DNA of 64,000 nucleotides from Candidatus Binatia bacterium (lineage in GTDB: Bacteria > Desulfobacterota > Binatia > HRBIN30): NCBI GenBank assembly GCA_038245295.1, contig JBBRSP010000020.1:1-64000 (forward strand), written 5' to 3'. How positions within the stretch are numbered: position 1 is the first letter of the stretch; each line of letters opens with the position of its first letter. Made by a program: the position numbers and the translations under genes. Positions 22,842 to 35,415 of the stretch are shown here, piece by piece. Below the pieces are notes generated by a model, which saw nothing but the letters and a program-made list of their open reading frames with translations, was not told the origin of the DNA and ran no database searches.

Positions 22842-23540
22842 ATGACGGCACGAAAGGCAATTGTTCTCGGCCTGTTGGGGCTCACTCTGGGGACGGCACC
22901 AGTGCTGGCCGCCGACCATACCGACGGCCCGCTCGCCTCGAAGGACCCGGCAGCGGACATCACCGACGTGTTTTCGTGGATGTCGGCTGATGCGAAGAAG
23001 GTCTATTTGGTGATGGATCTCGTCCGCAACGCGACGACGGCTTCTAAATTCTCGGATAGCGTCCAGTATGTCTTTCACACGACCAGTCGGGCCAACTTTT
23101 CCGGCGCCGCCGGCGCACCGGAGAATGTGATCTGCACATTCGACGCAGCGCAGAAGATCCAATGCTGGGCTGGTGATTCGTATGTTACCGGTGACGCCTC
23201 GAACACGGCAGGCATCGCGTCCTCGGACGGCAAGTTGCGTGTCTTCGCCGGCCTGCGCGGCGATCCATTCTTCTTCAACCTGAGCGGCTTTCGGGAAACC
23301 AGTCGGATCGTTGCGGGCGCCGCCAGCAGTCTGACGTTCGACCCGGCCGGATGCCCGGCGCTCGATGCTGGGACGTCGACGGCGCTGGTGACACAGTTGC
23401 AGCGCGCACCAGGCGGTGGCGCACCTGTCGACGGCTTCGCACGATTCAACGTGTTGTCGATCGCCCTGGCTGTCGACAAATCCGTTCTGACAAAGAGCGG
23501 CCCCATCGTCGGCGTTTGGGGCAGCACCAATAAGAAATAG
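22842..23540 (+). CDS. Secreted DUF4331-family protein
   Basis: Signal peptide, then ADHTDGP..DPAADITDVFSW, VFAGLRGDPFFFNL, DGFARFNVLSIAL; GGAGG RBS. Confidence 0.85.
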   Translation: MTARKAIVLGLLGLTLGTAPVLAADHTDGPLASKDPAADITDVFSWMSADAKKVYLVMDLVRNATTASKFSDSVQYVFHTTSRANFSGAAGAPENVICTFDAAQKIQCWAGDSYVTGDASNTAGIASSDGKLRVFAGLRGDPFFFNLSGFRETSRIVAGAASSLTFDPAGCPALDAGTSTALVTQLQRAPGGGAPVDGFARFNVLSIALAVDKSVLTKSGPIVGVWGSTNKK

Positions 23541-23544
23541 GAGG

Positions 23545-24195
23545 ATGGACGCCATGAAGCGAATTTCGCAAGCTTTGGTGTTGGCGTGCATCGCCACCGC
23601 AACGTTGATCGGTTGCGGCGATGACGACAACAACAACAAGGTCGCCAGCAACCCCACGGCACCCGCCGTCGGTGCCGATCAGATCGACCGCATGGGGCGT
23701 GCCGGTGTGAACACGGCGCTCACCAACCCGTTCTTTCGCGAGAGTGTCGCGGCCGAAGAGACGCAGCATGAAGCGATTCAGGACGAATATAATGCAGCCG
23801 ACAACCCGGCGCAGTGGGCGACCATGTTCCGCACCGAGATCGCCGGCAACCTGGCAATTCTCGACAGCCTCGATCGCAACTGCGGCAACCAACTCCTGGC
23901 CGGCTCCGCGGCCACAGCGGGTCGGTACAATACGTTGGCCACCGTCTTGGCGGATGACGAACTCTTCGTGAACACGGCATCCGGTTCGTGCCAGCAATAC
24001 CTGGCGGTCGAAGGTAATGCGGTTGGCATCACCAACAACGATTGTGGCGGTCGCACGCCGCTACACGACACCATTGACACCACCTACTCGGTGCTTGCCA
24101 TCGGAGCGTTGACCGGCGTCGGTGATGGCATCCCGGTCGACGGCGACGATACCCCCTCACTCACCTCATTCCCATTCCTCGGCGTGCCGCACTGA
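23545..24195 (+). CDS. DUF4331-related lipoprotein
   Basis: Lipobox LIGC, QIDRMGRAGVNTAL, GGRTPLHDTID, C-terminal FPFLGVPH; four Cys after the lipobox Cys. Confidence 0.82.
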   Translation: MDAMKRISQALVLACIATATLIGCGDDDNNNKVASNPTAPAVGADQIDRMGRAGVNTALTNPFFRESVAAEETQHEAIQDEYNAADNPAQWATMFRTEIAGNLAILDSLDRNCGNQLLAGSAATAGRYNTLATVLADDELFVNTASGSCQQYLAVEGNAVGITNNDCGGRTPLHDTIDTTYSVLAIGALTGVGDGIPVDGDDTPSLTSFPFLGVPH

Positions 24196-24206
24196 ACCAA
24201 GGGAAG

Positions 24207-25439
24207 ATGCCAAAGCTTTCAACGAAGCTTCTCTTGGCGATCGTATGGATCGCCCCAGCGTGCAACGTCACACCACCGGCCTCGACTCAGGCCGGTGGTG
24301 GGGCGGGCGCCACAAGCATTTCTCCGCTATCGCGCGCCGCGCTCCCGACCACCGACGGCACGATCGCCATCGGCAACCTGAACGCCCAGATCGATGGTGA
24401 GGAGCGCCTGGCGGCCGGCCGGCCACTCACCGTGACACAACAGGCCGCGATTGCCGACGCGCTGCAGACACGTGGCCAGTTCCTCGGCCGCATCGACGAC
24501 TACGAAAGAGCCCAGGCGATTGCCGATCGCCTTGTCCGCGAGCTGCCGACGGACGGCCACTCGTATGTGGCCCGGGCACAGGCCCTCGCGACGTTCCACC
24601 AGTTCGACGCGGCGCTGGCCGATCTCGACATGGCGGAGCACCTTGGCGTCAATACGAACCATACCGAGAGTCCACGCGCGGCGATCTTTCAGGCGGTTGG
24701 ACGCCTCAATGAAGCGCTGGCGCTGCGCCAGAAGATCACTCAACGCAAACGTGACATTCGCTCCTTGTCGGCGGAGGCCTCGGTCTATGCGGACCTGGGC
24801 CAGATCGATACAGCCGAGAAGCTTTTTACCGAAGCCCAACATCATTTCCGCGATGTGTCGCCGTTTCCGGTTGCCTGGCTGTACTTCCAGCAGGGCAAGA
24901 TGTGGATGCGCGAGGGCAACGTGCAACGCGCCCGTGACCTGTTTGCAGCGGCCCACGAGCGCCTGCCGCAGTATGCGCCGGCGCAAGGTCACCTTGCCGA
25001 GATGGAAGCGCTGCTGGGGCATCGAGCCGAAGCGATGAACCTGCTGCGGCCCCTGACCAAGAGCTCCGATGATCCTGACTATGCGATGCAGCTGGCGCGG
25101 ATCGCTAAAGAGATCGGCGATATGCCGCAGTTCGAAAGCTGGAAGCCGTTGGCGCAATCACGTTACGAGGAGCTCCTTAGGCAGCATCCAGACGCGTTTG
25201 CCGATCATGGCACCGAATTCTGGCTCGATGTGGGCGGTGATCCAGCCAAGGCTCTCGTGTGGGCCCAGCACAACCGCGCCCTGCGACCGACAACGCATGC
25301 CTTCGAGTTGCTCCTGCGCGCCGCCGTAGCGGCGGGCGACCAGGTTGCCGCCTGTGCGGCGCGCCGCGAGCTCAATGCCAAGCCATACCTATGGGCAAGC
25401 CTGCGCATCTTGAATGATCAGGTGGCCGCCTGCACCTGA
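24207..25439 (+). CDS. TPR-containing exported protein/lipoprotein
   Basis: Signal with APAC, all-helical TPR-like repeats, co-oriented with the DUF4331 genes. Confidence 0.82.
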   Translation: MPKLSTKLLLAIVWIAPACNVTPPASTQAGGGAGATSISPLSRAALPTTDGTIAIGNLNAQIDGEERLAAGRPLTVTQQAAIADALQTRGQFLGRIDDYERAQAIADRLVRELPTDGHSYVARAQALATFHQFDAALADLDMAEHLGVNTNHTESPRAAIFQAVGRLNEALALRQKITQRKRDIRSLSAEASVYADLGQIDTAEKLFTEAQHHFRDVSPFPVAWLYFQQGKMWMREGNVQRARDLFAAAHERLPQYAPAQGHLAEMEALLGHRAEAMNLLRPLTKSSDDPDYAMQLARIAKEIGDMPQFESWKPLAQSRYEELLRQHPDAFADHGTEFWLDVGGDPAKALVWAQHNRALRPTTHAFELLLRAAVAAGDQVAACAARRELNAKPYLWASLRILNDQVAACT

Positions 25440-25478
25440 GTCTCGGCGGCATCTTGCGCCGCGTTCTGTCCCTGTACC

Positions 25479-25501
25479 GTAGGGCGGTTCGGGAACCGCC
25501 C
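25479..25501 (+). repeat. Single GTAG-type REP of a second family
   Basis: GTAGGGCGGTTCGGGAACCGCCC: GTAG followed by a palindrome. Confidence 0.6.
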
Positions 25502-25616
25502 GGGCAACTGGCGCTGCCGTCAAACGTGACCTCAGCGCTTTGGCCCTGCCCCACGAGGGCCTCAACGAAGGTCATGGCGCGACGGCAAAATAGATTCCCC
25601 GCATCCAGGTGAGACG

Positions 25617-25653
25617 AAAACGGCCCACGGTAGCGAGCTACCGTGGGCCGTTT
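25617..25653. terminator. Bidirectional intrinsic terminator
   Basis: AAAA-CGGCCCACGGTAGC-GA-GCTACCGTGGGCCG-TTT between convergent genes. Confidence 0.85.
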
Positions 25654-25677
25654 GTCATCGGAAGGGGAGGTACCGCG

Positions 25678-29718
<4,041 letters not shown>

Positions 29719-29989
29719 TCGTCCACCCCGTCTCATTGTCTGTCTATTGTGGGAGAGCGTCTGGGTGTATCCGATGCAAGACAGAGCTTGCAAGGGAAAA
29801 TCCTGGTTGCAGGAGGGCTTAGGCCCGTTCTGTCGAAACGGTTGCGCGATCGGCCGTGCCTCGAACGCTGGGACTCGTGGAATCTCGCCCTTGGCTCGGT
29901 AGCCGTATTTTATCTGGCCGCGGCGGCGTGGTGGCGGCGCATTGATCCAACTCACCACCTCGAGCTACCGGCCGCGTCCTGCGACGCGC

Positions 29990-31393
29990 CTACTCCACGG
30001 CGTCGTCGGGCTCCGGTGCTCCACCTTGCGGTCCGCGCTCGATGATCACATAGCCGAACTGCGCGCGGCGCTGCAGGAGCAGGAGGGCCTTGTCAGCGGC
30101 ACGATCAAAGAGTTGCTGAGCCGCGCGTGCATTGGGCACGTCTTGGCGATCGACCTGCCGAATCACATCGCCGGCTTGCATGCCTGCGGCATCAGCGGGT
30201 CCCCCCGGGTGCACTTCGCGTACGACGCCCCCCTGCACGCCACGCGGAATGCCGTAGCGACGCATGATCTCCGGCGTCAGGTCCATCAATGTCAGCCCCC
30301 ACGATCCGCCGTTTGGCGGGTTCGGTTTGGGGTTCGACCCCGGCTGCTCCTCGATCGTAACGGTGGCACGGTGCTGCGTGCCGTCGTGCAGGACGGTCAA
30401 GTCGACACTCTTGCCGACGCCGCTTTCGGCGATGCGCGGCGACAGTTGCCGACCGTCTTCGATGACCGCGTCGTTGAATTGCAAGATGATGTCGCCGCGT
30501 CGGAGTCCGGCTTTGGCGGCCGGGCTGCCTGGCTCGACCTGCGCCACCAGCGCGCCGCGTGGTGTGTCGAGGCCGAACGATTTGGCAATCTCCGAGTTCA
30601 TTTCCTGAATGGAGATGCCGAGCCAGCCACGCGCGACGCGGCCTTTGGTGCGCAGCTCGTCGATGATCTGCCTTGCCAGGTTGATCGGGATCGCAAAGCC
30701 GATCCCAACACTGCCGCCGCTGCGGCTATAGATCGCCGAGTTGATGCCGACGACATCGCCGCTGAGGTTGAACAGCGGCCCACCCGAATTGCCCGGGTTG
30801 ATCGAGGCATCGGTCTGGATGAAGTCGTCGTAGGGGCCGGCGCCGATGACGCGGTCTTTGGCACTGACGATGCCAGCCGTAACGGTTGCGGCGAGTCCGA
30901 ACGGATTGCCGATGGCGACCACCCAGTCGCCGACTTCGAGGGCTCCCGAGTCGCCGAGCTTCAGCGGCTGCAGCGCCGCCTTGGGTTTGATCTTGATCAG
31001 GGCCACGTCAGTTTTCTGATCACTGCCGACCAGTTTGGCCTCGTACTCTTCGCGGTTTGCCAGCTTGACGCGGATCTGATCGGCCTGTGCCACGACGTGA
31101 GCATTGGTGACGATGTAGCCATCGTCGCTGACGATGAAGCCGGACCCAAGGCTCTGCTGCCGCTGCGACCGTTGCGGCAATCCCTGCCCGAGAAATTGGC
31201 GGAAGAAATCTTCGTTGGGATCGCCCGTGCCCTGTACGCGCACGACGCGGGTCGAGAAGATGTTGACCACGGAGGGCTTGGCACTCTTGGCAATGCCCGA
31301 GAATGTTTCGGGAACCATCTGCACTGCATCCGCATGGCGCGCTGTCAGGAGACCAAGGGCAAACAGGATGGCAACGAACCGATGGCTGCGCAT
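29990..31393 (-). CDS. degP: HtrA/DegP (Do family) serine protease with two PDZ domains
   Basis: GSGFI, TNAHV, DVAL, INPGNSGGPL, GWLGI, PDZ repeats. Confidence 0.95.
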   Translation of the reverse strand: MRSHRFVAILFALGLLTARHADAVQMVPETFSGIAKSAKPSVVNIFSTRVVRVQGTGDPNEDFFRQFLGQGLPQRSQRQQSLGSGFIVSDDGYIVTNAHVVAQADQIRVKLANREEYEAKLVGSDQKTDVALIKIKPKAALQPLKLGDSGALEVGDWVVAIGNPFGLAATVTAGIVSAKDRVIGAGPYDDFIQTDASINPGNSGGPLFNLSGDVVGINSAIYSRSGGSVGIGFAIPINLARQIIDELRTKGRVARGWLGISIQEMNSEIAKSFGLDTPRGALVAQVEPGSPAAKAGLRRGDIILQFNDAVIEDGRQLSPRIAESGVGKSVDLTVLHDGTQHRATVTIEEQPGSNPKPNPPNGGSWGLTLMDLTPEIMRRYGIPRGVQGGVVREVHPGGPADAAGMQAGDVIRQVDRQDVPNARAAQQLFDRAADKALLLLQRRAQFGYVIIERGPQGGAPEPDDAVE

Positions 31394-31554
31394 GGCACGC
31401 CCGTTAGCATCGTGGGAACGGCGATTCTAGCGCCGGTGGTCTGGCTGTGCCGCCGTCGGATAGCGGATCTCGCCGCGCCGGTGCGAAGAAGACGAGTCGG
31501 GTCCTTTGCAGGCGCGCCGCAGGTCGGTATGGATGGCGACCGGACTTCGACCCG

Positions 31555-34500
31555 ATGAAACGCCTATTCCTGTTCGTCCTCATGCTTCTCGTGATCCTGA
31601 TCGTCGGGATATGGCTGGCGTTGCCGTTGGTTGTGCAGCGGGCCCGGCCGCGGCTTGAAGCGATCCTTAGCGCGCAGCTCGGCGAACCGGTAAGCGTCGG
31701 CAGCCTGAACGTACGCCTCGTGCCGCTGCGCCTGGGGGTTCGGGATGTGATGGTTGGCGCGCCGGCATGGGGGGCGGTCGACGCCCTCATCCTCGGGCTC
31801 GACGCCAGCGCCAGCCTGACGCAGGCCATGCCGGTGCTGCGTGCGACGGTCGAGGGGCCGCTTGTCGACCTCACGATGTTACCGAAGAAGGTCGCCTCGT
31901 TCCCCGATGATCCGCCGCCGTCTGCGTCCGGCACGATCAAATTGCCGCGCCTTCGCATAGCCGACCTGAGCGTGCGCGACGCGGTGTTGAGATTCCACAT
32001 TGATGCACATGCCACGGCCGAGCTGTCGGTGCATACCGTGCAGTCGCAAGCCGATCTGTCCGTCAATGGTGACCTCGTGCACGGCGAAGTGATGATCGAC
32101 GGTGTGCGTCTGTCGCGGCCATCGCATTACGTCGAAGGGTACAAGCTGCACGCGCGGGGGGGATGGGGACCCGGTGGACTCTACCTCGAGACGGCGCGTC
32201 TCGAAGGCAAGGGTGTCTTCGTCGAGGGCCAGAGTGGCAGCGATCGTTATCGTTTCGAGGCGCACGGCTCCTTCGAGCCGCGAACCCTTGCCGTCGTGGT
32301 TCCGGAGCTCGGTTACTTGGAAGGTTACGCCGATCTTTCGGGCGTACTGGCGGGCAGCATTGCCGACCCGTTCGTTGAGGCGCGCCTGCGCTTGCGCGAC
32401 GCGGCATTCGCACATCGTGAAATCGGCTCGTTGGATGCCGAGTTCCGTCGCCAAGGGCCGCTCCTCGACTTTTCGCGCATTCGAATCGAAGGGCCGGCGG
32501 GCCGAGCGGTCGGCCATTGCGACATCAGTGTCGGGAAGGAGGTTCCCATCAACGCCGATCTCGATTGGGACAGCGTCGACGTCAGCGGCATCATCGAGAT
32601 GACCGGCGGCAATCTGCCACTCAGCGTTGCCGCCAGCGGGCATACGACCCTCAGCGGGTACTTCGATCCGCTGTCCTTGTTCGTCGTTGGCCGCGGCACA
32701 CTGCTCGCCGCGAACGTTACCGATGCGCAACCTCTCGCCGATTGGGCATCGCAGGTGCACATTCACAAACACGACGTTGCCGTCGTGGCGCAGGTCTGGC
32801 AGGGCGACGTCAACCGTGCCGCCGCCAACCTGCACGTCGGCGACAACCTCGACGGTACGATTACGCTTGCGGCCAACGATCTCGGCCGACTGGATCCGCT
32901 GCTGATTCCGGCCGTCCACGACCTGGCGCTGACCGGACACGGCGAGCTGAGTGTCGACCTTGCCGGAACATCCCACGATCCGAATTTGACGTTGCGTGTC
33001 GATGCACAGGAGGTGACGATTCGCGGCGCTCGCGTCCCACGCCTGCACGGCGAGGCCAAGATCTTGTCCGGCGTGCTGCACGCCAACAATGTTCGTGTCG
33101 ATTCGGCGCGTGGTTACGCCGCCGTTGACGGCAGACTGGCTCTGAACGCCGAGGAGAAGAACGATTGGCGGCTGACGCTCAGCGGTTTCGATGCCGACGT
33201 GGCGCGCTCGTTTGCCAAGGCGGCGCTCGGCGTCGACCCGCCGCTCTCTGGAGGAGCTCTCGACGGAAGTGTTCTTGGGACGGGTGAATGGCGACGTTTC
33301 TCAGCGCAGGGCGACGTAAATCTACAGCGCTTTCGGGTCGGGATACAACCCTTCGCGGCGGCGCGACTGAACGGTCGTGTCGAGTGGCCGCGTTGGGAGG
33401 GTACCCTCAACCTCGAGCACGCGGCCGGTGAATCCCTGGCGGTGCGGGGCAAGGGCACGGGGGACGTCGCGGATACGTTGCATGTCGAAATGTCTCCGGT
33501 CGACCTGGCATCGTTCAGCGGGGCAGGGCGCGAGCGCTTGTCCGGGATCGTCACACTCAGCGGCGATCTTTCCGGGCGCGTTGTAGAGCTCAGCGGCGCG
33601 ATCGAAGGGCGGGTGACAGGCTTGATGTGGCGCGACCGCAGCATCGGGCCGGTCACGCTGATCACACGCGCCAACCGCGGAAAATGGAGCTCTGAACTGG
33701 CGGCCCCGTTGCAACGGGTGTCCTTGAACATCGAGCTGCAAGGTCGTCCGCCGTTTGACATCCAAGTGACCGGCGAATGGAACGAAACCGATGCCGCGGC
33801 GTTCCTGTCGACCGATCCGACGACCTACATGCTCTCCAGCGGCCAGCTTGCCCTGAGCGGACCCCTCGCCGACATTCAATCGCTTTCGGGGAGCGCCGAG
33901 ATTACCAGTCTGCGTGCCGGACGCGGCACCTACGAGATCAAGACGGCCAACCCGGCACGGCTGCGGCTGCAACGCGGGCGCGTCGAAATCGAATCGTTCG
34001 ATATCCTCGGCGGCGGTAGCAAGGTGAGTGGAGCTGGTTGGATTGATCTCGCCGGGAACGCCGATCTATCCGTCCAAGGGGCCGGAGATCTGGGGCTCCT
34101 CGATCTGCTCGGGCCGCCCATCGAAGCGGCGCGTGGCCCGTTCGAAGTCGAGATCACCATTAAGCGCCAACAAGGTGCCTCGTGGAATCTGGCGGGATTC
34201 GCTTCGTTGCGTGAAGGATCACTCGATGCCGGGTTGCCAATTGCCTTCACGAAGATTGATGGCCGCATTCGTCTGGAAGGCAGTCGGATCATCGTTGAGG
34301 AGCTCGGCGGGCGTGCCGGTGGCGGAACCTTCCGTGTGGATGGTCACGTCAGTCTGGTTGACGGACCGGACCTGACCATGGGAATGAAAGACGTATCGCT
34401 CAACCTGGCGCGCGGTCTAGAGGCGCGCGTGCGCGGCGAGGGCAGCCTGCGTGGTAGTTGGGAGGCCATGTTCCTCGAGGCATCCGTAGAGGTGGTCAAT

Positions 34501-35415
34501 TCCTTGTACGATCGCGACATCGAGCTCGGCGACCTCTGGGATCTAATACGGGATCAGCTCACGCCCAAAGGCCGACGTGGACCAGCCGAGGTTTCGCCGC
34601 TGACTCTCAAGGTCACCCTGTACTCACAGGGAGGCGTGTACATCGACAACAACATCGCCAAGGGTGAAATGTGGCTTAACCTGTTTGCCTCGGGGAACGC
34701 CGCGCAACCGCGGATTTGGGGTACGGTAGGTGTGCTCGACGGGGAGATTGTCTTGCGTGGGCGAACGTTCACCGTCACCAGCGGGTCGATGGATTTTCGC
34801 GATACGGAGATTCTCGACCCGTCGATCAATCTGGCAGCCGACAGTCGCATCACCACCACTGATTCGGATTACATTGTTTCGATGTTGGTCAGCGGTACGG
34901 TCAGCAAGCCGCGCATTCAGTTCTCTTCCGACGACCCGGGGCTGTCCCAGAACGATGTTGTCAGCCTGGTGGCGTTCGGCAAGACCGGTTCGCAGCTGCA
35001 ACGCGAGCAGCGCCAGTTCAATCCCAGTGATGCGTTGGTGCTGCTGCCTACAGGTGAAGTGGAAAAACGCGTCAGCTCGGTGTTCGGTCTGGATCGCTTC
35101 GAAGTCGGAGCGGGACAGTCGCAGGATGCTCGCTCGATCGAGCCGCGTGTGACGGTTGGCAAGAATCTGACGCGCAATTTGAGTGTCTTGGGGTCGTCGA
35201 CTTTCGGCGTCGATCCGCGCCGCACGGTGCGGTTGGAGTATCGCCTGACGCGGCGTGTGTCGTTCTTCAGCTCGTGGGAAAGCGAGACCCAGGCGAACGC
35301 CGGCGCTTTCGGCGGCGGCATTACATTCCGTATCGACGCACAACGCTTACCGTTCACACTAACGCCCTGCGCCACTGGCGCGAAGGATACGACGTATGAG
35401 TGGCGGCTCCGCTAG
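31555..35415 (+). CDS. tamB: TamB / DUF490 translocation-assembly protein
   Basis: N-terminal TM anchor (MKRLFLF), long beta-rich body, GTVSKPRIQFSSDDPGLSQNDVVSLV, VTVGKNL..EYRL. Confidence 0.88.
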   Translation: MKRLFLFVLMLLVILIVGIWLALPLVVQRARPRLEAILSAQLGEPVSVGSLNVRLVPLRLGVRDVMVGAPAWGAVDALILGLDASASLTQAMPVLRATVEGPLVDLTMLPKKVASFPDDPPPSASGTIKLPRLRIADLSVRDAVLRFHIDAHATAELSVHTVQSQADLSVNGDLVHGEVMIDGVRLSRPSHYVEGYKLHARGGWGPGGLYLETARLEGKGVFVEGQSGSDRYRFEAHGSFEPRTLAVVVPELGYLEGYADLSGVLAGSIADPFVEARLRLRDAAFAHREIGSLDAEFRRQGPLLDFSRIRIEGPAGRAVGHCDISVGKEVPINADLDWDSVDVSGIIEMTGGNLPLSVAASGHTTLSGYFDPLSLFVVGRGTLLAANVTDAQPLADWASQVHIHKHDVAVVAQVWQGDVNRAAANLHVGDNLDGTITLAANDLGRLDPLLIPAVHDLALTGHGELSVDLAGTSHDPNLTLRVDAQEVTIRGARVPRLHGEAKILSGVLHANNVRVDSARGYAAVDGRLALNAEEKNDWRLTLSGFDADVARSFAKAALGVDPPLSGGALDGSVLGTGEWRRFSAQGDVNLQRFRVGIQPFAAARLNGRVEWPRWEGTLNLEHAAGESLAVRGKGTGDVADTLHVEMSPVDLASFSGAGRERLSGIVTLSGDLSGRVVELSGAIEGRVTGLMWRDRSIGPVTLITRANRGKWSSELAAPLQRVSLNIELQGRPPFDIQVTGEWNETDAAAFLSTDPTTYMLSSGQLALSGPLADIQSLSGSAEITSLRAGRGTYEIKTANPARLRLQRGRVEIESFDILGGGSKVSGAGWIDLAGNADLSVQGAGDLGLLDLLGPPIEAARGPFEVEITIKRQQGASWNLAGFASLREGSLDAGLPIAFTKIDGRIRLEGSRIIVEELGGRAGGGTFRVDGHVSLVDGPDLTMGMKDVSLNLARGLEARVRGEGSLRGSWEAMFLEASVEVVNSLYDRDIELGDLWDLIRDQLTPKGRRGPAEVSPLTLKVTLYSQGGVYIDNNIAKGEMWLNLFASGNAAQPRIWGTVGVLDGEIVLRGRTFTVTSGSMDFRDTEILDPSINLAADSRITTTDSDYIVSMLVSGTVSKPRIQFSSDDPGLSQNDVVSLVAFGKTGSQLQREQRQFNPSDALVLLPTGEVEKRVSSVFGLDRFEVGAGQSQDARSIEPRVTVGKNLTRNLSVLGSSTFGVDPRRTVRLEYRLTRRVSFFSSWESETQANAGAFGGGITFRIDAQRLPFTLTPCATGAKDTTYEWRLR

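Noticed and set aside
29942..31558. 538-aa ORF antisense to degP, and similar long antisense ORFs (15549-17030, 35699-37222, 31879-33081, 59083-60129)
   Set aside because: Shadow ORFs of GC-rich coding sequence with no motifs, largely overlapping well-supported genes.
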